NCBI GenBank assembly: GCA_013239625.1
Contig: MU054001.1
Span: 4,814,167 to 4,878,166 of the forward strand
Direction: 5' to 3'
DNA from: Lama guanicoe
Taxonomy: Eukaryota
Length of the DNA: 64,000 bases
A program made the translations under genes and the position numbers. Positions 40,546-52,092 of this stretch are shown piece after piece. Position 1 is the stretch's first letter, and each line of letters starts with the position of its first letter. The notes beneath the pieces were generated by a model, which saw nothing but the letters and a program-made list of their open reading frames with translations, did no database searches and was not told where the DNA came from.

Positions 40546-41444
40546 GCCACCCGCAAAGCCAAATTGTCTTTGCCACCAAGGCAAACAGAAACCCTCCAAA
40601 GTTTAAATGAATTGCCATTTATATGAGCTAATAGATTTAAATGAGGCCTGCGGTGCTGAACTATAAAAAGCCCCGTGTCAGGGGACCCAGAAACTATTTT
40701 AGTAGTTGGGCCAAGCAGGTAGCACAAATAGCAGGAACAGGGGATGCAAAAGAACCTGCTGGCAGGTGGGCCCAGGCGGAAGCACCCTGGGGCCCGGGCC
40801 CTGTTTGCCAGACTGGAGCTCACGGCCAGGAGCCTGCAAACCTTCCTGCGACAAGCAAGGGGGTGAGTTCAGCTCAGGCCAGGCTTGGGGAGAGGACGCT
40901 GGGTCCAGTCGTGGAGACAGGGACCTCAGAAGCCCCTGTGCTTCCGCGTGCTGCCAGCTTCCTGCTTCCCCGGCTTTGCTGGGTGCTGTCACAGGAGGCT
41001 GAGCAGGGAAAGGTCTCCTGATGCTGGACTGTCTAGGATGGGGCCGGGCTGCGGGGAGCGGCGGGCTGGCCTGGTGCCCTGGAATCTCGGCTCCCTCATT
41101 GACAAAGCCCGGGGCCGCAGGAAGCGCTGCCTGAGCTGGGCCCGCAGCGGCAAAGCGGCCAGCCCGGCGTGGAGCGGGTGCATTTAGAGGATTAGTTCAC
41201 GCGGTTTGCCTGTGTGTGCCTAATCACGCCGCTTCCAGCTAAATGATTACAATTGATTAAAAGCAGAGCGAGGTATTCTAACTAGCAACCTGGAGCCCTT
41301 CCGATGGGGCAGGCTGGGCCCTGCCAGGCTGCATCCTGGTGCCCGGCCAGGGGGAGGTGTCTGTGAGCCAGGGGCGTGGTCTGAACTCCAGGGGAACCCT
41401 TCCTTCTTAGCCTTTGCGAAGGTTCGCTTTGACCCTTCCCCTCA

Positions 41445-41900
41445 TTCCATTTTCATGTAACAAACATTTACTGAGTACCTATTATAGGCGCCGACCTGGG
41501 GCCCTGGGCTTGTACACTGGTCCCTGTTCTCATGGAGCCGACATTCTACAGGAGACACTGATGATTCGTCAGTAAATACATGAATGAGGTCATTTCAGAT
41601 TGTGGGATTTTGAAGACAGTAACACATTGCATTGGGACAGAAGATGAAGTGTGTGTACACATACATGTGTGCATCTGTGTCGGCGTGTGGGGGAGGGAAC
41701 GTTGAGAGTGAAAAATCAGATCAGGTGGTCAAGGAAGGCTGGCATTTCAACTGAGTCCTGAAGGTTGAGAAGGAGCCAGTGTGGGGAAGAGCCCGGGAGC
41801 TTTCAGGAGAGGGAACAGCCAGTGCAAAGGCTCAGAGGCAGGGGCAGATCTGGGGAGGCTAAGGAACAGAGAAAAGGGCATTCGGGTCAGAGAGGGGTGA
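41445..41900 (-). mobile_element. L2 3' region
   Basis: aacaaacatttactgagtacctattat...tggtccctgttctcatggagccgacattcta...ccagtgcaaaggctcagaggc. Confidence 0.75.
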
Positions 41901-44900
41901 GCAGCCTCCTGTTTTGTACTTGTGGGCTGTTCTTGTCTCAGCTTCTGGGATGCACCTTTCTTGCTGAGTCTTCTGCTTGAATATCTTTCCCTTCCTCTCA
42001 GTCTTCAGGCCCCAGCTCGAGTGGTCCTTTCTCTGAGAAGGCCTCCCTTGTGCTCCCTCCTTGGGCTTCTCCAGCCCTGCATTTAACCCCTGATCCCTTG
42101 CCTGTACAGATTGTCACAACATGTCTGCACCTGACTTCCCATCCTAATGTGAGTTTTTGGAGGTGGAGCCTCTTTCTGCCATCCAGCCAGCCAGCCAGCC
42201 TTCCACTCATCCATCCACCATGTTTTACCATATTTGTTTTTAGCACCTAGAAATAAAGGAAAGAGAACACAAACAAGGAAAGGGGGAAAAGAAGGAATGT
42301 TGCAACTGCAGATTCTAGAAGCCCAATTTTCTAAATTTCTGGTCCTTATAAGATGGGTAACCAAGGAGCCAGTTTCCTTGCCTCTTTGCGCTGCTGCTGT
42401 CAGATCCAGCCAGATAATTATAACTAATAATAATTAAAAATTGAAAGTGCTCTAGGCACATACTTAGCATTTGACTCTTTGGCTGAGTGTTCTGTGAGGA
42501 GCACTGTCTTCCTCCTTCCTGCTTTAAAGATAGCCCGATCTGTGGCACCCACCCCTGCAGGGAGAGCCAGGCCTGGCTGGGCTTGGCCTGGGGGAGTAAG
42601 AGGGAGGCGTCTGGTGACACCCAGCAATGAGGCCGGGCAGTTAGCACCTGTTGCTGGCTTTGGAGTCCTCCCCTGGTTGTCCCACCTCCACTGTTGATTA
42701 TTGCAGATGCTTGTACTTTTCTGGCCTCAGTTTCCGAGTCTGTGCAATGGGGTGGGTCCTACTGCCTCGGGATTCGTGAAGGAGAGTTCACGTGCAGAAA
42801 GCACTTGGAGAGCACTTAGAATATAAAGCTTCCTGTAGGTCATTACTACACATTTCAGGGTGTGATCCCTTTGTGTGTCCTGCCTTCCTCACTAGGGCAG
42901 GAAACCGGAGCCCAGCACAGCCCAATTTCTGTTCATTGTGGCAATATGGTGCGGCAGTGCTGTGCCCACACTGTGTGCCACAGCCTGGCTGCAAATCCCA
43001 TCCCTGTCCACCGAGCCGCTGTGTGACCTTGAGCAAGTCACTGACCCTCTCTGATCCTCAGCGAATGTGGGGTGGGTAATAGTCTCTTCCTATGGGTGTT
43101 GGGGGGACCGGAGGCGGTGGTGTCTTTAAAGCCTTCAGCACCTGATCTAGCTGGAATCCAGGTTCAGTAAGGATCTGCCACTCTTGTCACCATTTGTAAC
43201 CAGGCTCTGCTGCCCGTGGGCTTTGGTTCATTGCTTCACGACTCATTTCTCAGCCCTTTGTGCATGGATGTACTCAGTGCAGCCCATGGATGTTGGCTGA
43301 GCACCTCCCATGTGCCAGGTGTGTGGCGGTGCTGGGGACACAGAGAGGCCTCCATCCCTCAAGTACGCGGGGAGAGGAGCAGTGAGCTGATGAGGACAGA
43401 CAGGAAGAGTGTTGACTCCCTGTTTGCGGCTTAACCTAGTATAATACACTGCACGAGAACCTAGCATCATAGCCCGTCATCTCAGTCCTGTCTCACACAG
43501 CAGAGCTGCTGTAGCCGGTAGAACCCAAAGCCGGGCCCCACGTGACGTTGCAGGGGTCCCGGGGGCCTGGGCTCTGCCCCTTCTTCACTGTGTCTCCAGG
43601 CCTGTCCGTCTGTCTCCTAGTTGATGCACTCTTGAGTGGGGCAAGGCCCTTCCCACTCACAGGATAGTGTATCGTCATTGTCACAGTCATGCTGTCTTGC
43701 CACCACGTAGGGGAGGTGAGCCTCCTGGTGGGCCGTGTGTGGTTTAGCGTCTGCATCTGGAGAAGCCTGAGGGGTGAGCACTGACGCTGCTCCTTGTCCT
43801 TCTGCGGCCGGACATAGGCCTGAGCCCCTCACCTCTCACCCCAATGTAGTCTGGGAGTCTGACTCCATCTCTCCACATGTGCAATCTTTTGAGAACCCAC
43901 AGTGGCCCCACAAGTGTGGCATCTTATGAGCTCCATGTCATAAGTAGGTAAACTGAGGCTCACCAGCTGCTAGAGGGGCAGGGCTGTGAACACAGGCAGT
44001 CTGACACTAGTGTCTGTGTTCTCGGCCCCGAGGCTGGGGCAGTGGGCTTGCTGGTGACTGTCAAGCCCTTAGGAGCTAAGGGCAGGCCTCTGGGTGCTGG
44101 GTGCTGGGTGCAGGCAGGCCTCACCTCCCAGGAGGGCAAGAGTTCCAGAGGGTGACTCAGAGGCCGCACGGCTCCCGGGGCACATGGATGCCTTGCTCTG
44201 AGTGAGCTGTGGCTGCCGTGGTCACTGCAGAGAGGAACAAGGAAGGGACAGGCCCAGGAGAAGCCTGCGCCTGGCTGTGCCCAGATACCCTCACAAGCCC
44301 CGGGGCTTTGCCGGCCTGAGCGATGAAGTGTGTGGAGGCCCAGGTGGGGCTGGGGGGCTCCCCCCAAGGGCCAGCTCTGGGCAGAGATGGCACTTGGAAT
44401 CGGCCTCGGGCTGCCCGTCTGCCCATCGGAACCTGTCATTCATGCCCTAGGGCGGGGGCCCAACCAACTTTAGAGGGGCACCATGCCATGGCGACAGATG
44501 GGCTTGGGGGAGCTGCCAGGATCCTGAAGCCGGCGGCCATTGTATGTGTTGTGAGCCCAGCCCCTTGCCGGCGCTGACCCAGCCGGGACCGAATGCCTTC
44601 AGTTTCTTAGAAACAACAATACTAGAAGAGTGGGTGCACGTTGGTCCAGGGCTCCCAGGCCTCGTACAAAGCCCTGCCCCCGTCATTGACTTAGACAAAG
44701 AGGCAGTCGATGTACGGGAAAGACCCAGGACCTTGGGGGCCAGACGGTGTGAATGTCAGTTGCGTCTTCAAGGTCCCTGTGACCTTGGGCATGTGACTTC
44801 CCCTCGGAGACTCACCGTCCCACCTGGGCAATGGGTTGATGCTGCCTCTCAGGGAGGGTTAACGCAGGGATGCCCCATATTGTTTGTGAGACACGGGACA

Positions 44901-45079
44901 CAGTGCCTGGGCCCAGGAGGGCCTAAGGAGGGGTGACGGGGATAGAATTGTTGTGATGTCGCTGTCCCACTTTCAGATGGGAGACTGGAGATCATGCCAC
45001 ACAGTAAATGGCAGAGCAGAGCCTGAGAGGCCAGGAGGGGTGGGGAACAACCCCAGGGATGATGGGGAGATCTTTGCAT

Positions 45080-45230
45080 TGATTATCCTGTTTTGTCCTC
45101 AGGACCATCCTTTGAGGCCAAAGTGGTTGCTCTCCCCATTTTGCAGAGGGGGAGACTGAGGCACACTAGGCAGTGGCAGAGATGGAATTTGAACCTGGGC
45201 AGTCTGGCTGTAGAGCCTGAGCATTGACCC
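45080..45230 (-). mobile_element. MIR
   Basis: ccccattttgcagaggggagactgaggcac...ggaatttgaacctgggcagtctggct. Confidence 0.75.
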
Positions 45231-46504
45231 ACTGCCCTGACACCGGGCGCAGGCTTTTTCCTGCTACAGAGCCCCACATGTGTGAAAAAGGAGGCCTGCT
45301 TTGTCTCTCGGCACCACAGTCTGTCTGCTCTGCTTGTTGGGAGCAGGCTGGCTGCCCCCTGCCAATATGCCAGGGTCTGGGTGGCTGGGGGTGCTTGGCC
45401 CCCTCCGGTGGAGAGCTGAGAAGCGGGTGCTCTCGGCGGAAGCCCGGATGGCACTCTTTGGTCGAGCAGGAACAATTACTAATGACATTTAGAAGGAAAT
45501 TAATGATGAGAAATGCAAGTTGGCATTTCGGGAGCGCCAGTCAGCAGCCGCGCGTCAGCACTCACAGGAGAGGCCGGGGTGGGGGCCGGGCGTGGAGGGA
45601 GAGGGAGGATACGGCAGAAATTAATTTTGCTGTGTCAATAACGGATATGGCCCAACTCGTTCTGCTTCTGGAGTTTAGACAGAATCAAGCATGGACTGGC
45701 TAGGGCTCAGCCAGGGCTGTGTGCTGTGATATGGGCGAGTGCAGACGACAGGTTCTGTTTGGTGTCTTCTTTCACTGGTGGCAGGAGGCAGAGGGGGTGG
45801 GCAGGGGACAGTGAGAGGGGAGGAGGTAGCCTTAGGACCAAGCCATTTGGGCTTAAATCCAAGCACCACCTCTTACCTGGTGCATAACTTAGCACGTTGC
45901 TTTATCCTTCTGAGCCTCAGTTTCTTCATCAGTAGAATGGGGACAACTGGGGACATGTAAAGACAACGTATGAAGACCAGGCAGCCCGGCAGGAGCTCAG
46001 TATATGGTAGCTATTAGCATATTCCACTGACATATTCTAAGATGCACAGCTTTCTTCTCTCGTTCCTAGATCGGAATACTTCACTTGTATGTTAGAGTTT
46101 AATTGGTCATTTTTTGTATGTTTGCTTGTTGTGATACATCAAATACTGGGGCAGCTTATATTCTTTGGAGTCTTAGAAGAGATAAAATATGGCTTGGGTA
46201 GGAAGCATGGTGGACGGTGAGGAGGAAGCCAGATGCTGAAATTGTCTGGGGCAGGGATCGGGGTTCCCTGTGGGATAAGGGAGCATGCCAACCCTTTCCT
46301 TCCTGTCAGGTGCTCCAGAATGATGGAGAAGTGTCCCATCCAGCTTCCCTTCATATGGAGGGGAGAGGACACACCCAGAGAAATATTGTTATCATAGTAA
46401 CATCGAGCATCTTTACAGAATGAAGGGTGAAAACACAGTCTGTGGCCCTGGGGATTTGAGAACCTTTACATGGTTGTCTATGTTTCAAAGTGGAGATTTC
46501 CTGT

Positions 46505-46720
46505 AATTATAGTGGCTAACATTAATATAGTGCTTATTAAGTGCCGGTCATTATTCTTAGCACTTCCATGCGTGAAGACATTCAGTCTTCATAATACCTC
46601 TATTACTGGGATAAGAGAACTGAGGCACAGAGAGGTTAACTAACTCCCCAAGGTCACAGAGCTGGTCAATGCTAGACCTAGGCCCCCGGCCCCGGATTCT
46701 GTCCCTTTTACCACCACACT
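46505..46720 (-). mobile_element. MIR
   Basis: agtggctaacattaatatagtgcttatt...aactgaggcacagagaggttaactaactccccaaggtcacagagct. Confidence 0.8.
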
Positions 46721-47489
46721 AAATGGCTAGATTTCTTGATTTTTTCTGCAAATGAGACCTGGCAGCCCCTGGACCACAGCCCTGCATGACAACAATCAGC
46801 TGTCCTCTTTAGACACGGGGATGTGATCTCTGGTTTAACACCCTCCCCCACCCCGCCCCACACCTGGTCGGCCTCACCTGGTTCATTACCCTCCTGGGCT
46901 CTGAGTTTGAGGCCCTGTTGCAGCACTTCACAGTTTGCAAATATTATCTCCCTGGCGCCTCCACAGCTGGGAACCACTAGAAATTTTGCAGACCTGAAAA
47001 CTGAGGCTGGGGGGACCAGGGCCCGGGGTGGGAGTGGGGAGTGTATTCCACCCATTTGAGTTTGGGTATTTGAAGAGGGAGACAGGTGGGGCTCCCTGCT
47101 CTCCAGCTCAGTGACAGGTTCCCCCACTGAAACCAGACGTGGATGCTCAGACCAACAGCTGTATCCTTACAGTGCCATCTCAGTCTCCCCATCCTTCCTT
47201 TTGAAGCTGCCACATCAAAAATGTGCGGTCACCTGTGCTTTTGAGTTGACAGGGATGGCAAAGCCTTGTGGTTAGCATTGATTATGACACTATTAAGAGT
47301 CTGTGTACCACTTTACATATAGTAAAAATTTTGACATGTGTTACCTAATTTGAAGCTCATAACAAATATTATTTGTCCCATTTTTCAGGTGAGTAAACAG
47401 GCACTTAGAAAAATGACTTACTTTGGGTCATATATGTATTTTAAGTGGCTAAAGCTAGATTTGAATTCCAAAGCCCACTGTATTTCCAC

Positions 47490-47705
47490 CAACCCATCCA
47501 CCCTCCTACCCGTTTATTTATTCATGTACTCTTCTTTCTCCTCCCATTCACCCACCTGCCCCATCCATTCATCTACACATTCACTTGTCTGTTCGTCTAT
47601 CCATCCATCCGTCACCCACTCATCTACTGTCCATCTTTCCATCCATCCACTCATCCAACCGTCATCTACCCACTCATCCACCATCCAGCCATCCATCATT
47701 ATTGA
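47490..47705. repeat. Degenerate (CCAT)n simple repeat next to a minus-strand MIR (~47270-47490)
   Basis: Runs of ccatcc/cactcatc. Confidence 0.85.
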
Positions 47706-49367
47706 GTGCTGAGTGCTGGGAACTACACAGCTTTCATGACCCCTTCCTCACATGCTCTTAATTCCATGCTTAACTGCTACCCAACCCTCCTCCCACCCTA
47801 AAACTGCACATGTCCCCCCCACATGCATGCACACACCCTTCTGGGGAGTTGAGTGGGACAGGATGGACTGGAGATCTAAATGATCCTTGGTTTGCCTCAT
47901 GGAAACCAGCAAGTTCTGGTGATGGAAGGGAGGGCGTAGGGCTCTTGGTCAAGGTGGGGCAGGTGTGTGGGCAGTGATGATGTGCCCACAGTTTGGCTGG
48001 AAGCTGAGTGTGTACGAGAGAGCAGACAAGGCATTGCAGGCTGGGCCACAGTGTTCTTCAGCCCTGTCAGTGGGCCCCGCTCCCAAGGAGCCCTGCCTTT
48101 CTAGGTGCTAGGGGGTCACCCTTAGCCCCTTGCTTTGTGCCAGACTGGACGTCCTCTCCGAATGGACCAGGATATACGCCCAAGTGTTTTCATAAGAACC
48201 TTCGCGATCATTAAATATAATCGGTCTCAGCTGCAGTTTTGATCGCTGGTGCGTGCACACAATTCATCACAGCAAATTAGGTCCGTCTCCAGAACTTCTG
48301 GCCCTGCAGCCTGGGGGGCTGTCAGCAAGGGGGCTGGGCCGCGTGGGCTCTGGAAGACATTTTGGGGGGTGATGAGCCATGTTTTCTGAGGAGGACCATC
48401 CTCAGAATAATCTGCCAGAACAGCTCTCCATCTGCAGGGGTGAATTTTTAGAAATTTTGAAGACGCAGGAAAGTCTTAGCAAAAAATTTGGAGGAAAGAA
48501 GAAATGGATATGATCAAAGTTTTAAAATATCATTTATAAAACCAGAAAGCACTGGTTTAGTTGAGGGACTGAACATATGTGTTCTGTATAATTAGTGACC
48601 GTGTGACCTAGATTTTCCAGGACAGTCCTGATTTCAAGTCTTCCATCCCAGCTATTGGCTATCTGTCCTGATTTTTTGGCTTGTGAACTATGATGGCTAT
48701 ATATGGAGCTGAGTTTTCTCATCAAATTTTAATGAATAAATATTTAAAGCTGTAAAGGCCTAGAAAGATTTCAGAAAAAATTAAAGGGAAAAACTCCCTC
48801 CCACTTTTTTCCCCCCAACATGGCAAAATATGCCTGGAGGTGTGCCTCCTGCTCGCCTTCCTGCCTCCCCCACTGAAGCAGCAAAGGAAATGCTTCCATC
48901 CAGCAGGGTGTGAAAACTATCTGGGCCCCAGTCCTTTAGACTTGGCGGTGACTACAAGGGAGGCCTCTCTCTGCAGCGAGGCTCAGGCCACTCTGCTCAG
49001 GGCATGAGCTCCTGGTTCCAGAGGTCTCCCAAGGTCCTCTGTTCTTCTGTGACCTGGTGCTGGGAGCCGTGCCATTGACAATAGCGATACGCTTGGGCAC
49101 CTGTGCATCACAGAGGTGGAGATGGTCTTATGGCCAGTGCCCCCCAGTGATGTGACCCCTGGATCCTGCAGGTCCCTCCCATCCACCCGAGGCCTCAACA
49201 GGCTGCGTCTCGCTGCTACAGTCTGTGCAACTTCCAGCTTCCAACCCTGGAGCCAGAGTCATGAGGGTGACAGCTCAGGATTTGCACTGCCATCTACACC
49301 AGCTTTTGGTGTAGAATGCGACATCTCACCCTCCCACCTGGCCTCTTGCTCCATAAGATCCCACCCA

Positions 49368-49735
49368 ATTTTTTTAAATTGTGGTAAAATACATATAACA
49401 TAAAATTTACCATCTTAATCATTTTTAAGTAGACAGTTCAGTGGGAGGAGAGATGGGTAGCAGTTAGGCATGGTATAAAGAGCATATGAGGAAGCGGTCA
49501 TGAAACTAAGTACGTTCACGTTGATGTACAACCATCAACACCATCCATAGAAATTTTCCACCTTCCCAAACTGAAACTCTGTCCCCATTAGACACTAAGT
49601 CCCCATTCCCCCTCCCCGCAGCCCCTGGAAACCATGATTCTACTTCCTGTCTCTGGGACCCTCACAGTAGTGAATCCTACCTACAGTCTTTGTCCTTCCG
49701 TGACTGGCTCGTTGCATTTAGCATAACATCTTCAA
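49368..49735 (-). mobile_element. L1MA/L1MB-like 3' end
   Basis: tttttaaattgtggtaaaatacatataacataaaatttaccatcttaatcatttttaagt...cagcccctggaaaccatgattctacttcctgtctct. Confidence 0.85.
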
Positions 49736-50589
49736 AGGATCCCTCCACTTCTAAGAGAAAAGTAGAATGTGCCCTGGGCTGGGCGAGGGACACGGAGGAG
49801 AGGGCAACCCTATTTCTTCTCTCCCCAGCCCTGTCAGTGGAGGCTTTGCCTCACTACCATAGCTCGCTGGCTGTCATTTCAGAAATACTCACTGAGTCAT
49901 TAGCAAGCGTGGGCTCTGAGCCGACACAGGGCCCAGCAGAGGACAGAGATGAGTTCCCTGCCTGCAGCTTATGGCCTCTCAAAGGCCAGGGAAACATCCT
50001 GTCATTGTAGATTGAGGAAAGTGCTGGAAAGATACCTGTGCAGGTGCCAAGCTGCCCCAAGACAGGGGTCACTTATCACGTGGGCTCAAGGGCTTTCCCA
50101 GGGAACAGAAATCAGATGCGGAGGAGCCTGGCAAGACTGGGGGGAGCATCCTGGGCAGCGGAGTGGCCCCTGTGAGGGCCGAGCTGGGAAGGAGCTTGGC
50201 CTGCCTGCGGAGCTGGGAGAAGCTGAGGCTTCGGGGCCAGCAGGAGCCAGACCTTGTAAGACTGTCAGGGCTGGGAGCTGGGGTCCGGGGCCTGAGTTTC
50301 TTCTGGGTGTGGTTGGAGCCCACTGCGGGGCTAAGCAGAGATCTCCCACTTCCCTGCTCCCTGGAAGAGAACCCGGGACGTGCCTCTCACAGGACTTTAT
50401 TTTCCTGATGCTTCATCAGCCAGAAAGAGGGAGCCCCAGCAGGAACCCGTGTCATCGGCAGATGGGGGCTTTCAGGAGGAGTCGCTGCAGTGGTGTGAGT
50501 GTGGGAAGGTTAGCTGCACGGCGTGGGGAGACGAAAGGCCAGAAATAACAATAACCAACCCCTGAACCACTTTGCAGCACGGTGTCTAT

Positions 50590-50800
50590 GTAATGTCTCT
50601 GTGTGTGTTTGTGTGTGCACGTGCACATGTGTGCCTGGGACTGTGGGGTGTCCATGAGCATCTGTGAATTTGTGTTATACGTGTGTGTGTGTTTCACTGT
50701 CAGGTATCCATGAGCGTGTGTTGTGCATGTGTGACTGCGGGGTATCCTTGAGTATGTGTGTATGCGCATTTCATTTTGGGGTTTCTGTGAGTGTGTGTGT
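50590..50800. repeat. (TG)-rich low-complexity tract
   Basis: Many interrupted tgtgtg runs. Confidence 0.8.
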
Positions 50801-51419
50801 TTGAGGGTGGGCATAGGTGAGGGAGGGAAGGGGAGCCCTGTTGTACAAGCGCCCCCAGTGGCAGTCCCCCACAGTACCTGGCTCTCTCCTTCTCCCCTGT
50901 GAGATACGGTGGGTGATGGGTGGGAGGAGTCTCAAGTTCTTTGGAAGAAAGGAAGGTATGAGGGGATAATCATTAAGAATCTTTAACGGGGTGGATATGG
51001 CAAACTGGTGCTGCTCTCTTCGAGTGATTGAGGGAGGGGCTGCCTGGTCCCCCTCCTTGAGACAGCCCAGCCACATTGTCACTCCTGGGTGACCCTAGGG
51101 AAGGCGGGTTTCCTTGGTTTGCTAGCACCCGGCCCACCGGGAAACACTCAGGCCACGTGGTGGGCCCCACTCACCAGGCAGTGGTACCTGGGACCTGCAG
51201 GACCACGCTGGCCACACAGAACTTCATCTTCTACCCTCCATCCTCTTCTTCAGAACATAACCGTGCAAGGTCCCACATCTCATTCCCTCAGGCGAGGACC
51301 CTAAATTATAACGGGCCATGTGCCATCTGATGGCACCACCCACCCCCACTCCGCCCTACGCATTAGCCAGTCATTATACTGGAAGATGTCTCAAGCGTCT
51401 CGAGGGCCTCTTAGAATAC

Positions 51420-51660
51420 CAGCAGTCTCAAGCTGGCAGCCCGAGGGCCAGATTTGACCTGCAAACATGTTCTTATTGGCGGCATCATGCTTTAAACATC
51501 AAGATATTTTCTATTAAAAAAAACCTCGATTTTTCAGTTTTCCCTGCAGAACCAGCAGCACTGGCAGCACTGGGCCTGCATTCCTGTGGGGCCGTCATTG
51601 CCTGGAGCTGCCCCTTTCTTACGAGGCTTGGGGTCTCGGGTGACACAGACCACTTATTAC
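51420..51660. mobile_element. MER102-like hAT-Charlie fragment
   Basis: aagctggcagcccgagggccagatttgacctgcaaacatgtt...ctggcagcactgggcctgcattcc. Confidence 0.55.
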
Positions 51661-51955
51661 TTTGGCTTTGCACGTGGCCTGGGCCAGGCTCACTTGTGTG
51701 GACCCGACCGGGAGGCCTTTGTCCAGGTCAGAGGAGCCCTGCCCCCTGCAGCTAGGTCTCCTGGCATCAGCCACTGTTTCCCAGTATCTCAACCTTTACT
51801 GTGAGTTTGGGGCCCCATGGATAGGATGTTTCAGGCTTCCAGAGAGTTCTGTGCACATTTTTTTTGACCACCGCTAAGAGCAGCAGATACGTTTTGAGGT
51901 GGGATGAGAGGCCCCTCTCTTGGCTTTGGGAGCCCATTCACCCAGCGCCATTTTT

Positions 51956-52092
51956 TAATTGATACTTTTTTTTGGTGGGGGTTGAGGTAATTAGGTTTAT
52001 TTATTTATTTATTTTAATGGAGGTGCTGGGGCTTGAACCCAGGACCTCGCGCATGCTAAGCACACACTCTCCCACTGAGCTACACCCTCCCC
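51956..52092 (-). mobile_element. tRNA-Ala(AGC)-derived SINE (Vic-1-like, camelid type) with target-site duplication
   Basis: Minus strand reads GGGGAGGGTGTAGCTCAGTGGGAGAGTGTGTGCTTAGCATGCGCGAGGTCCTGGGTTCAAGCCCCAGCACCTCCA (A and B boxes present), then TTAAAATAAATAAATAAATAAACCTAATTACCTC and an A tail. CCAGCGCCAT flanks it at 51942-51951 and 52099-52108. Confidence 0.9.

Noticed and set aside
52018..52092. Functional tRNA-Ala(AGC) gene
   Set aside because: Has substitutions in the D arm and T loop, no oligo-T terminator, and a SINE tail with TSD, so it is a retroposed SINE.
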